Program-made: the position numbers and the translations under genes
Part shown: piece after piece, positions 1 to 14,560 of the stretch
Numbering within the stretch: the first letter of the stretch is position 1
Layout: the number at the start of each line of letters is the position of its first letter
Assembly (NCBI GenBank): GCA_050084515.1
Contig: CM114271.1
Span: 46,872,001-46,936,000, forward strand
DNA: 64,000 bases
Source: Blasia pusilla
Taxonomy: Eukaryota
Direction of reading: 5' to 3'
The notes under the pieces: model-generated
The model's database searches: none
Seen by the model: the letters and a program-made list of their open reading frames with translations, nothing else
What the model was told of the DNA's origin: nothing

Positions 1-41
1 GCATGTACTTCTTTAAGAACGTGATTCTTGCTGTTTTGTGA

Positions 42-2371
<2,330 letters not shown>

Positions 2372-2789
2372 ATTCAAAAACTGAATGTAGTAAGGAAAAG
2401 ATGATCATGCTATGGGGTTCAAGGGAGAAGATACGTTGAAGAATTCTTAAGTCGTTTTGTCGTCCTCAACAGTAACGTGTTAATAGTGCTATTCCATCCA
2501 TGAATCTGATGGGATCCTCTATTTCAGCAACCGATGCTTCAGGTATGAACTATTGGGGGTCTCAAAATCCCGGGAAAAGCTGGAAGGCATGTCCCAATTT
2601 TCTCGCGTGTCAAAGGGCCTATGTTGAAAAAAATAGTCCGTAAATTATCTTCCATGTATGCCGAGAATGACGCTTGGCAACCATTTCCTAGGATGAGAAT
2701 CAACATGGTATCTAACCTTAATCATATAGATTATCTTAGATGGGTACGGAAATTATGCTGACATCATCCTGATGCGGAAGTTGTAGTTA

Positions 2790-4000
2790 ATGTGGAATCA
2801 AACAACTGATTTTATCTGTGCGTCTATGCGCAGGGTAAGACGCAATTGCTTTACCCAGACCCACATGACGTATTCCCCACCGATATTCTGCCTGGCTTTG
2901 AAAAGTAGGCTGCTGGGGCGGTGCGGGCTTGACATACATATGTAAACAATTTTGTTGCCAACATGTGAGCAAAGATTGGCTCGATGTTCCACCAGTTCAA
3001 GCAGGCAATCGTGTCAGGTTCGTCCTCTAGAGAGTTTTTGACCAGCACTGAAATCAAAGACAAATCAACTTCGTTATTCATGTAAGAATTTTAAGGTGCC
3101 AAGTAAGTGTGCCTTAATAAGGATTGTCAGAGCTTTGAAACCAAAGTCACTACTCGCTCGTTAGAGTGGTTCTTACTTTTACCGGGAACGCGTGGGCATT
3201 TTCCCGCTTGAATAACGACAAAGAAATAGAAAGAAATAGAGTTAAAGCTGATCGGAGTCTTCGGTTTCTCATTGGCTGCAACCCTATCCCAGGAGATTCC
3301 ACGGTCTTCCGGAACGGAAGAAACCGCCGTTCTTCGTGGATTTTGATATCGGTGGGGACAGCGAGTCGGGGGACACGCTACGAACGACACGCGAATGCGG
3401 ATTGTCCAGAACCGACCTTGTCCCGTAACCGGCGGCTTCATTCCGTGGGAGATATGTTTGTAATCCATGTGAAGTCAATAAAACGATCCACAACAGTCGG
3501 TTCCAACATTTGTCGCACTGCGTATTCCGTCTCAACCTGTGTTGTTGAACGGGAAAAGTGACCATGTCCTACAATACGATGAGCGTCCAGCTGTGCAGGG
3601 CCCGGGAGTTCTGTCTCACTTGCGCACTTTTTCACGAGATCATACATCGGATGGTTTATCGGTTCCACTTAGAACAAATTCTTTTTAAGAGACTGCCTTT
3701 CTCTTCGCCTAAACTCTCGGACACCGAGCATATTCGTAGAGCTAGTGGAGAGAATTTACAAGTTTCCGATCAGCTGCGCAAATGTTTCAAATGCTACCCG
3801 CATGCCCTGTGTAGAATTTGCCAATTCTACACGCTGCCTCCGCGAAGAACTTTTGTGTACCTGTCCCTAGCGGAAGTGGCAGTGGGTTACATCACGACTG
3901 GAAGTAGTACCTTTTCGATAGATTCAGCCACTCGGTGGAAAGCCACTCTGTCTCTAGATTTCGAGAGTGGATGGTTGACATCGGAGTTGCGACAGCAAAC
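2790..4000 (-). pseudogene. Possible decayed intronless coding sequence of unknown origin
   Basis: One minus frame from about 3839 to about 3150 reads as protein-like, broken only by isolated stops (3756, 3669, 3438, 3378). It may continue after a frameshift into ORF 2851-3081. No motif recognised. Confidence 0.3.
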
Positions 4001-5151
4001 ACGGAGCACACTCTGGTAGCATACGCAATTGGAGGTGAACGACATTACGTCACAAGGTATTTGTGTTTCATTGCTAATCCATTTTGCATTGATTAAATAA
4101 ATAATTAGTCAATCATTGAAATTATTTCCTTATTAAATAAAATTACTTACATTTATGTAGTTAACGATTTTATCATACACATTTTTCTTGAATCGGAAGA
4201 TCCATTAAATTAATCTACTTCAAAGGACTATGGTAAGGGGAGAGGAGGTTTGGGAGTTTGACTAACCTTATGGGGTTGGACAACTTGGACATCCAAACAA
4301 CCATGAGTTATCCCTATTTTTCATCATATTTTAATTTTTTCTAAGAAATCCATAATATGTCGTAGTTATTAATACATAACTATCTATGTCCGTTACCATA
4401 TATTAGTAGAGAAATAACTCTTCTATGTTGTAATACTTTTTTTGGGTACTTCTATTTCCCAAAAAGTGAAGCTCTTCTTGAAAAGGAAGATCTTTTTTAA
4501 AATAATAGGTTAACATTTGTTAAGATAAGATTTGTTTTTACTAGATTAGAAATCTTCTAGCATTCATACAAATGTTTACCAACATTGCACCTTCAATAAC
4601 GACGGACACCTCAAGGTTAGGGGATATATAGAAGAGAATTCACACAGGTTGGTTCCTCTAGGAGATATGACAGAACTATTCTAAGAATATTTGCATGAAC
4701 TTGAGATCTTATTTAATGGTGTACAAAATGGAGATCTAACCTCACCCGAGGAGAGGATGAAAAATCAAGCGATGCATTTTCCTAAGGAAAAAGTTGTGGA
4801 ACATGACCTTCCATCAAGTCGAAGTCACCTTCTCAACCACCACCAAGCATTCTCATACCTCTAGTGGATGCGCTCGTTCCCATGGGCTCTTTGTGTGCGA
4901 TGAAGTTATATTGGGGTCTTTTCAAGAGATTTTTCGGTTGTCTTTCCATTCGCCACTTCGGATTTCCATCCCCCATTTCGGGTTAGCCAGTCATTTGTGG
5001 TGGACTTTCGTCCAAGGAAAAAATGATGAACCTCAATAAATATGCATAATGGAAAACCCGTTGGAAAAACAAAAGAAGGGACTCAAAGAGTCAAGGATCC
5101 AAACGCCACAACCGACCTTGAAAAAGAAGAAGGGGCCATCCCCCCAATCAA

Positions 5152-5445
5152 CTAAACATGAACAAAGACAATATAAACAACTCCTAGAGAATTATGACTA
5201 CTACTAAGTACGCCTCTAACGCCGGCGTCTCCCACAACCTTAGCCTGCTGCAAAAACCCATTAGCTTGGGCACGCTGCAAAACTATGGAGACCCGCTGTT
5301 TATAATAAAGAATCGCAACAGGTAAGGACAATTCATTTCTCGACTGGAGATGATATGTGTAGTCAATAAAGAACGAGTCAAACCTCTCTCCCATAGCCCC
5401 GTACATGTCTACAGCTAGGGGAAGAAATCAGTGTCCATTGTGGAG
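5152..5445 (-). mobile_element. Relic C-terminus of a CRE-like non-LTR retrotransposon (restriction-like endonuclease type)
   Basis: Translates FLPLAVDMYGAMG...YYKQRVSIVLQRAQA. This matches the 'FxPLAVETYGxWG...QRLSVALQRxNA' tail typical of CRE-clade ORFs (recognised from memory). Confidence 0.65.
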
Positions 5446-6623
5446 TCGAAGTCGTCCAAGGTCGATAGACCTCGGAGGTCGATCGTTGAGTTTCCTCCAA
5501 GGTCTATCCTTTGAACATTTGAAAACTATCCTCATTGAAAAAAAATACTAGTTTATGCATTTAATAACATAAAGCAGTGAGAGTTTCATAGATCCTCACG
5601 TTCTCCACCAATCGTCGACAATAAATATTTGCTTCAAGAATATGTTTAAAATATGAACACATTTGAATTGAATAGCGAACACGTTATAATGCGCCGACTA
5701 TTTGAATCTGGCTGGCATGTCATGGTATGGTATGACATGGCCTGGCCTAGCCTGGCCTGCCATGTTCTTGCGAGGAGGTACGTGACCATCCATGCGTATG
5801 GCCTTGTAATCTCGCTATGACAGGGAGTTCCGATCTTGTAACGAGATACAGGGGGTATACAGTAGCAGTGTCATCATTAGCCCGTCCGGGTGGCACTCTC
5901 GGCGTCTTCCTTCTTCTCCGTCCGATCCAGAATCCGCTGGCTGTGGACAAATGTAGCCTCCGATCGACTCACTCGCACATGTTTCCACTAGTCAACCAAT
6001 AGAATATTTGTCAAGTGCAATATCAGAGTTTAAATGTTTTTACATGTTTCATTATTTTCTAGTTCTTTTATTCGTTTTTTTCTATTTCTATTTTTGAAAG
6101 AAGACGGTTCCTTTATTTTTACTTTGATCTCCCTAGAATTTCTTGACAGAAAATTCAAATTAGTATATGCAAATGATTGTTTGATAATTCTTAGCGCTAA
6201 TGTCCCTAAGGAGAAATATACCAAAGACCAAAAATGCACTTAGTTGTCCATTGAAGAAACAACGGTGAAGAGAAACACCCAATCTTTTAAAGAGGAAAGG
6301 AAAAGGCCATGTAGTACAATATTATGGGGATTTTCTCATTCTTTCATAGGATTTCCATGAACTTTGTTGATTGAGTTGAATTCAAGCTTACCATTTGATA
6401 AATTTCCCCCCCAATTAACCATGGTAAAAAGTTGGCATAGGCTTGTAGACAAGCGTTACTTGCTTGTCGTTTAGCGACTATATGCAATTTATCTAGGGTG
6501 CATAAAGGGGTTGAGTTCATACAATGCTGGAAATCAATTTCCAATAATGTTGTAAACAGAAAAATTAAAGCTACATACATGAAAAAGAAACTTCCGGAAA
6601 TGATCATCTCGGTGTAAAATATA

Positions 6624-6780
6624 CTAGTGCATAGTAAGTGCTCAAATTCAAATTTAATTCAAAAATTCAATTTCTTTCTCTTCGTACGGCAAACATTTTC
6701 TTGTCTCAAGACAAAGCATCACATGTCAACCATACAAAAGTTTGCAAATCAAATAAGCACTCTCCCAACAACAATATAAA
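6624..6780 (-). mobile_element. Degenerate copy of the mini-Helitron family
   Basis: 6719-6779 is similar to 57483-57546 in the opposite orientation (tcacatgtcaa...gtttgcaaatcaa...ctctc...aatata). Possible CTAG|T 3' end at 6624-6627. Confidence 0.45.
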
Positions 6781-7948
6781 TTTTTTTGAGAAGTTATAAA
6801 ATAACCTGATCATGGCATGGGCATCTATAACTAGGATACTTCCGTATTACCTCGTAAATAACGCGCCACATCCCACCCTGTTTCAGTTCACTTCCCGTTC
6901 GAGCTCCAAGAAGTAAAAGTCGGACACTTCGCATGCCGTTTGTTGGAGTGCGCATGAGTTCTTTGAATTACTGGAACGGTTCTTGGAGCTCCAGTATTCG
7001 AAGGTAGCTATTTCTTGGTGTATAGGTGGAGGTGGTGTGGCATACATGTATGTATCACCGGTGACCTACGTATCTATATCTATATCTATATGTGAGTTCT
7101 AATAAGACGTGGCTACGGCCAATGGGCAGAGGTAATTCGATTGGAGGGGAAGGGGGGTCCCACGAGGCATCGACTGGACAGCCGCCAAGTGGCGGCTGGG
7201 CAGCAGGAAAGGCCATTAACGGAAAAAGCGTGGTTTTCTTAAGAAAATAAGGATGACGGCAAATGGGGACTGGAGCAGAGAGAAGGGGAGAGGGAATGAC
7301 AAGAGGAGGAAGAAGAGCTGATAAGCGGAGAGCTATGGAGGAGGAGGAGGAGGAGCGGTGGGCATAGTGGTGAGCTCGTGGGGTCCCGATGCTCTGGCGG
7401 CGGCCAAGGGCCTGCTGGAGAGTACAGTCGAAGGCCGTGGAGCGCAGAGATGGAGAGTGTAAGTCCCGAAGACGACGAAGGCACCAGTTCCGCAATCGAG
7501 ACGATCCGAAGGTAAGGATCAGAGACGAAATTGAGAGAGATTGCGATGAGAAAGGCGGATGTGTGCGATGGGGGGGGAGGTGAGCGGGAGTAGAGAGGGA
7601 GGGAATCTGTAGAGGGCCGTAGGAGGGTTGAATTTGTGGAGGTTTGTCCAAGAGGGAAGATTTATGAGGTGGAAAATTGAAATTGATTGCGGTATAGGCT
7701 TATCGCTCGGGAGCGGAAGCAGGAGAGCGAGGATTGGATTTGGTTTTCGAAGGAGAAGGATCTTCAGGAGAATTGACCCGGAATTGCCTTTCGAGGGGGA
7801 GCTGCACAAACTTTGTACATTCTTCTGTTTTATTAGATCGGGTGCGTTTGCGTGGAGTTGTGGTTCGGTGCGTGGACTCAGTGCTCCGCGCTTGGATCCA
7901 GAAAGGGGGATGAAGCGAGCCAATGTAATCAATCTGCTTTTCAATATA

Positions 7949-10900
7949 ATGCCAGCACCTCAGCAGCCCGTTACATCCCCTCCTCCTCCTGACCACTGGT
8001 CCTTTCTGGTAATCTCCTCACTCACGCCACCCGTGTTGCTCCTGCGATCGCTGCGTCGTTTCTCCTCGGGGCTTTCGTCGAAGTCGATCGTCGTTATTCT
8101 TCTTCATTCATTCATTCGTTCATTCGTTCACATTCTTTGGTTTCCTCGGCTCTCGTGGGGTGGGGAGGAGTGGATGCTCCGCTGCGTGCGTTCCTGTCAG
8201 TCTTCACGGCGTTTGAAACGTGCCGCCGATCGGAGTTTATCCCGTTCGCCCCAAAAGAATTTGTTTAATAGTGGGGTTCGCTGTCGACTTGTGAAAAAGC
8301 GTGCACTTCCGTCAGGCTAAAGCAGGGCAGTGTAACTCATGTGTGGTGCGTGGGATCAGGACCATGTCGATGCGCCGCAATGGGTGGACTTGGCGAAGGA
8401 GGCAGCCTTGATGGGAACACAAGGGTGAGAGTTGCTTCATGCTCCGTTGCTTCCCCCTCGATGTGCTGATTCCATCACGAACATTGCAAATAGGGAAATT
8501 CGTGGAAGGGGTTATTGATTGATTTCGTGGTGATCCGTCTGTGTTTCTTTGCAGAGACGACCCTTGGTTCTATCGCAGTCACGCGTAAGTTGTACAACAC
8601 CTTGAGATTGGTGTCTTTGCGTTCTTACAGCCTTTATATGGGCGAAATAAGTTCCCGCATTTGGCTGCTTCCTTCTTGTTCTTTCGGCACTCAATCGTTC
8701 GATGAGAAGCTTCTGGTCCGAGAATTCATAACGCACTTCTTGATGTTGGAGAAATCGACCGATTTCCCCATGCTGACAAGGTTTTCAGTGTTGCGTGTTT
8801 GGCAGGCATCATGAATTGCTCGGTGCTGACAAGGTTTTCAGCGTCGTGTTTGGCAGGCATCACGAAACCTCGCTAGCGCGAGTAGGGACCGCTGCTGTGG
8901 CAATAGCTAGTACTTCATTGAGAGAGAAAGTAAAGAGCGCACCGGTAAAGAAAAAGGTCGCATTAGGCAAGTCAAAACCAGCATGTTTAGGTGGCATGAA
9001 ACGCATCTCAATTGTAGGATTAAAGGAGGACCGACTATCGTCGCGTCCACGGTTGGACGTCAGCGGCTCGTGGGCCAGGACTCCAGTCAAGCGTCTGCAC
9101 GCCAAGGGCACCCCAAGACGACTACTCGCAGCTGGATCGGATAACAGGTAGACTTGTGCAGATTCCGAAAGCGGTTTTGCGGTCCCCACTGATGTCCTTG
9201 GGAGTCATTGGTCGTCATGAGATCACTTCACATTCACATTGCCCCCCCAAAAAAAAAAAACACGCACGCACGCACGCACATTTCTTCCCCAATCCGGAGC
9301 AGAAGATGTACGTGATCATGCGAGCTTGAAACGAGAACGGTCTAAGACCCTTTCATTTCGAGATCAGTTCGATTCCATTTTCCAATTTCGATCTCACTCA
9401 TTGCCGAGACTTCCTCGTCCTGCAGGCTCGCCGTGCCCGCATCATCCTCGATTCCAGAGATCAGGAAGGAGTCGGATGAAGCGACTACAGGGAGCGGAGA
9501 TTGTCCGCCGGCCGATGTCGTCAAGCTGCTGAAAACCTACGAGGGGACCCTGCGCTCCGTTCGGAGCAGCGATGAGCAATCCGCGAGAGGAGCGAACGTT
9601 GGTGGGGCGGGTGTGCCTAGTAGAAATTGGGTCAGTGATCAATCTCACAATGTGTGTGACTCGCCCAAGACAACGCATGAAGCATCATCGTCTCCGGCGT
9701 ACCGAAGCAGCGGCACTTGCGACCTCAGAGTCAAGTCATCGCCTTCGAGTGACATGACGATTTCATCGGATGGATCTCCCACGCCATCGAGCTCTTCGGC
9801 GGAAGCCGAGCGTCCCGTGCGTACTGCTTCGACTCCGCGCGCTTCCATGATCAAGAGCCAGGTGTCGAAAAACGGAGTTCGGGAGATCAGGGGATCGCCT
9901 TCGCACCTCCGGAAGCCATCGCTGGAGAAGATCGGGACTGTTCCTGCGGCGGAGTCCAAAGACCCATCGCACGCTGTGTCTGCGAAAATGGAGCTGGGCC
10001 AATCCAAAGGCCAATTTCAAGGTAAGTCCTTGAAAGGGTTGAACCGCGACTTTCCTGGTGGAGACGGAAACCTTTCGGGCAAGTCGTACCCGGACTCAGG
10101 CCATCAATCGATGACTCCAACGTCCACTCCAGCGTCGACTCCACGGCTCAAGAGAAAGAGCCTGGGAAACGCAGCGAAACAGGACGAGCTGGCTTCCAAG
10201 AAATCTGGGTCCAGCACTTCGCATCTGCAAGATGTTCATCTGCCCGACAAACTCTACGGGGCGCAATCGACGCATCCTATACTGGAAAAATTACGCAAGA
10301 GCTGGGGATCTGCTTTACGCGTGAAACAGAGGTTACAAGCGGAGAGTGTAGGTAGTAGGATTGAAATGTCCGGTTGTGCGGAGGATCAGGGCCGTGTTGC
10401 TGCAGCTTCTGGCGATGCCTCGGAATCTTTTCTGACCGATAGAGAGGTCAATTTCGTCGACACGATGCTGAACAGGAATCTGTCCCTACAGAAACCTGCT
10501 GATCAGACCGGCGTGCAGGCTGCAGCTGAACTCAGGGTCGACCATGCGGAGGATGAGGTCCCGCAGACTTCGGTGAACGAGACCTCGCCCCGATCTGAGT
10601 GCAGCACAACGGTGCAGATCACCGAACCTGCGAGACGGGTGAAGGGTTCTGGTACCCCATTGACTAAGCTTAGTAAATCCAAGTCGATGGGATTTAGGGA
10701 ATCCCGAAACGTTGTAAGAGTGTCTACTACGACTGGCAAAACTGGGACCGGTTTAGCACAACAGCAGAAAATCAAACCTGCTCCTTCTCCTGCTTCTGCT
10801 GCTGTATCTTCGAAGCTCAACAAGAAACCGTGCGACCATAAAGATTTGCTCGGTGAAATTTCTCTACCTATGAAGGGGAATAAGGAGAATTTGAGATTAG

Positions 10901-12376
10901 AGTTGGGAATCAAGGCTCATTCAACCTCGGTTGATAGCAACCTTTCGTTGGACCGTAAAAAGAAGCTGCAAAGTCCTGTTATGAGGACAAGCATGCCCGC
11001 TTCGACCAAACAGCTTCATCAGCCGTTGAACGCGACGAGGATCCCCCACCAAGCTCGAACATCCCCTGCGAGTAAAACAGGTGTTGGCAGCAGAAGTCGC
11101 AGTTTAGGACGAGATATGTCAAATGCATCTGCAAGGGGCTCAGAAGCACTAGTGAGTGATTTCAATGGGTCCTTGTATGTATTCTGTGAGCATTTCTTCT
11201 TCTTCTTCTTCTTCTTCAACTGGAAAGTGCCCACGACGAGCTCATAAGGGTTTGTGAATCATTTTGTAAATCCCTTGCACCACGTGTTTTTGTTTGTTCT
11301 GCAGGTTAGGAAGTTTATACAATTGGCAGCTGCGAAGACCACAGACCCAATAGTAAGTTCTGTTTGTATCCTGTCTTCCACCAATTCGCTTTCAAGCTGC
11401 TGTCTGCGTCTTACAACTCGTCGTAGCCCAGAAGTACATGTGACACCATTGATGCGAAAATTGTAGTGGTGCTCGAAGAAGACTCGACTTACCGAACTCT
11501 TGCATTCCGCTCCAATGCAGGATAGAAAAAGTAGCAATGTAGCAGTTCTTCGAGGAAGTACTTCCTCGGTGCCTACAATAACCAAACAAAAGTCCGGTAG
11601 GCTTGACAAGTCGGCTGATGGATCGATGGACAAGTCATCCGATAAATCTTCTCACTCGTCGAGCAAAGATTACACGAGTGCGGTTCCAAAAGCAAGCAAG
11701 AGTTCATCGCTTCCGGATGAGACTGCTGCCTTCTCCACTGAGGTAATGTGTCTTCGTCGTGCCATCCATAACCTCAGCTTCCTTGTTGCATTCCCATGAT
11801 TTCGCATCCGATTCGGTGGATGCTGGACCCCATGAAGCGCTTTCTGAGTACACATCAATCGGGTCCAGTGAAAAGGGAACATGAGCGACGTATTGCGCTT
11901 CAGCTTTCGAACTAGTCGGGATTGTTATTGCAGAGCGGCTGACGATGATGCCGTGGAATTGTGGCCTCAGGGTGATCGCAAGATGACGAGTTCGAAAGAG
12001 CGGTTATTACTGAAGTACGAACCCAGACTGCACCCAGTCAAGGTCATCCGAGAGGTCAGGGTCGATTGACCTTTGTCCCTATTCCTCTTCCGAACTGCAG
12101 TTTACGCTCTCGTGGATGAGTGCTTCGGACTAGTATCTATACAATTTCCTCATCTACGGGGACAGGATAATCGTTGATTCGTTCGTTGAGGACTTGCACT
12201 TGTTGGAAACGCTGGATCTGTTCCTCGCACTGACGGTATTCATTCATCGGCTGTTCCAGTGGGAGAGCAGATCCGGGAAGCGATACTACGATCTGCAACC
12301 AGCAGAGAGACAAAAAGTCAATCAAGAAATCACAGCCTCGAAGGAGATCCCAGTGTCGAAGAGGGGCTCGGCTTGA
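7949..12376 (+). CDS. Large low-complexity Ser/Lys/Arg-rich protein with a TPX2-like Aurora-kinase-binding-type N-terminal motif; putative microtubule/spindle-associated protein
   Basis: Phase-consistent GT-AG exons: 7949-8008, 8360-8424, 8555-8584, 8857(or 8806)-9147, 9426-11151, 11305-11352, 11467-11742, 11971-12054, 12260-12376. The spliced N-terminus reads DHWSFL-DHVDAPQWVDLAKE..GDDPWFYRSHAHHE. The C-terminus reads KYEPRLHPVKVIRE-WESRSGKRYYDLQPAERQKVNQEI. An alternative upstream in-frame ATG is at 7910. Function is inferred. Confidence 0.8.
11194..11217 (+). repeat. (TTC)8 microsatellite in an intron
   Basis: Direct read; it causes the poly-F run at the end of ORF 9433-11247. Confidence 0.9.
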
Positions 12377-12762
12377 AGATGTATGCTTCAACCGTTCATC
12401 GCAGTAGCATTCTTTCCACAGGCAAACAAAATAATTGTTCAGAAATTGTAAATTACGTAGGAACAATTAATTCATTACCCCCCGCAATAAAAACGCTCGC
12501 GCTCGTCTTGAATGCGCGAGCTGCCGGTTCATGGATGTCTGGAGGCGTCGGGCGGACCCATGCATGTAGAGGAGGACCACCGATCATGCGTTGCAATCTA
12601 AAATAAATGTACTTGAAACTGAGGAAATGGCTCAATGTCAATTAATTTCATTTCACCTTCCAAGTGTCCGTCGGCAATCATTTGTCTGCGTTTCGCGTTT
12701 CTAGGGAACCTTTCCTGTCATCTGCTTAACCCGCGTGAAGTCCGCAAGCATCTGCTCCGGCC

Positions 12763-12816
12763 TGGTGACAGGTGCTCCGGCTATGGGCACCCTTAACTCA
12801 GGAGCACCTGTCACCA
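12763..12816. repeat. Perfect 16-bp inverted repeat with a 22-nt loop
   Basis: tggtgacaggtgctcc (12763-12778) / ggagcacctgtcacca (12801-12816). Confidence 0.9.
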
Positions 12817-14259
12817 ACCACAGGCTCCGATCATGGGCATCCTTAATTCGTCCCTCGACGTGAACTCTGTGGATTCTCGTGTGTGTCCATATCTGACGTC
12901 TTTCGCATCGGGAAATACTAGGAAGGGAATGTATTATTTCACAAATCTCTCACTTTTGTCAATCGTTTCTTGCATTGGTTGTGTGTCTTTTTTTCAATCT
13001 GTGAAGGATAGATAGGTAGGTCATCATGGGAGGAGAATAGGTAGGTCATCATGGGAGAAGAATTATTATCGCTCGTCAAACATGTTGATTTTTTTCTTGT
13101 GTAATGTGTAGTAAGTTTATGAGAGTTTAGCAGTAATAGTTACTTTTATGACAATTTTCTTCTAAACAATATGTGGTTTTGGTACTCTCTCCATGCTGGA
13201 GTTTTTTTTAAACAACTTTTAATGCAAACACACTTTCAATGTCATCTCCAATCATTGTATGAACCATTAAGACTTTGGATGCTCGTATCCAACGGGTTGG
13301 ATTATACAAACTTCAAAGTTTTATTTGCACAAAGTCCATGTTTATGCTATTGGTAGACTTACTTCCACATGATTTTTTCCAAAAAATTAATGATTTCCCA
13401 CACTTGATCCTACCATTGGCAATTCAACCATGCCCTTGCCATTCCACCTACCACTCCTTCCCTCCCCCCCCTCCCAAGGTTGCATATGGAGAAAGTTCGT
13501 GTCAGCGGACATGTTATGTCCGTGGATTTACGTCCGTCCTATAAAGGGACTTGACCATGTAGGTCCCATCTCCCTCTTCTTTCTCATCTCTCGGCCCACT
13601 TGTCTTCGTGATTCGCACTTTCTCATTTCTTCTTCCTCCCACCTCCACTATCTCCCTCCTTATTGCCCCGCTCGCCTTGGCCTTGCCTTCCACCATGAAT
13701 TATGAATATGGATCCCCCTTTGCAATCCATGTCCGTGGATATGTCCAAACTTGTCCGTCCATGTTCACCTTAAGGACAAACTTGTCCGTTTTTATACAAC
13801 CATGCCCCCTCCTGCAACACTTTCACTGCTTGACGTCTCCACTAGCACGTGCCCCTAACGTCACAACCCTTACCCTCGCTAGTCCCTTATTAGCCACAAC
13901 TCAAAGTTGGATGACCCCAAATCAAGAATTTCTTACATACGCCGATGGGAAAATTTAGTTTTTGAACACCTCAATCCTTCTTCGGGTAGATTTGTTTTTC
14001 ATGCAACTAAGAAAAATCACTTGGATTCATTACCGCAATACATGGGCGCATCAATCTCAAGGTAAACATAGTCTAAAAAACTACGGTAGGTTGAGTTAGA
14101 CAGGAAATTATGAGACATCAAGAAGATCATATAAAACAAATTTGCACAAACAAGGGTCTAGGACCCTAGGTTAAGGTATGTCTCACAAAATGAGTCGCAA
14201 CATAACCATAGAAGTCCCCTTAACGTGTTTTAATCTTCATAAAAAATGTGTTCAAATAT

Positions 14260-14560
14260 AGAACATTGAAATTGTAGTGGCCTCATGCTAGGATGGAGAC
14301 GTGTCAAAGTCTCATGAGTGACACATGAGTTGCATAAGCAAGATGCAAGCCTTTTCAAGAATCTTAAATAATGGTGGTTGAGACCAAGAGGAACATGATC
14401 AAACAAACTTGAGAAGACTTCAAGTCCCATAAGATTTGGGTGCGAATGGGACAATAACCTAGCTTGGACTTAACTAAGCATTGGAGGATTCCCCATGTTT
14501 AACATCATAAGAACTTGATCCAAGATATGTTTGGGATGAATAAGGTAGCATTAGAAAGCT
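14260..14560 (+). repeat. Old dispersed repeat A, copy 1 (probable transposon relic)
   Basis: Colinear with the reverse complement of about 55440-55740. Shared blocks include ctaggatgga..aaagtctca, aaacttgaga..gtcccata, aacctagcttgga, ccatgttt and tgaataaggt. Confidence 0.7.

Noticed and set aside
7055-8320. Long ORFs 7055-7651(-), 7519-7944(-) and 7628-8320(+)
   Set aside because: These are purine-rich leader or promoter and intron sequence; only 7949-8008 fits the spliced model.
9433-11247. 604-aa ORF as a standalone gene with a poly-Phe tail
   Set aside because: It is an internal exon (9426-11151); the tail is intron sequence containing (TTC)8.
13012-13062. Short tandem duplications (25 bp here; about 30 bp at 41573-41627)
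   Set aside because: Ordinary slippage duplications with no further structure.
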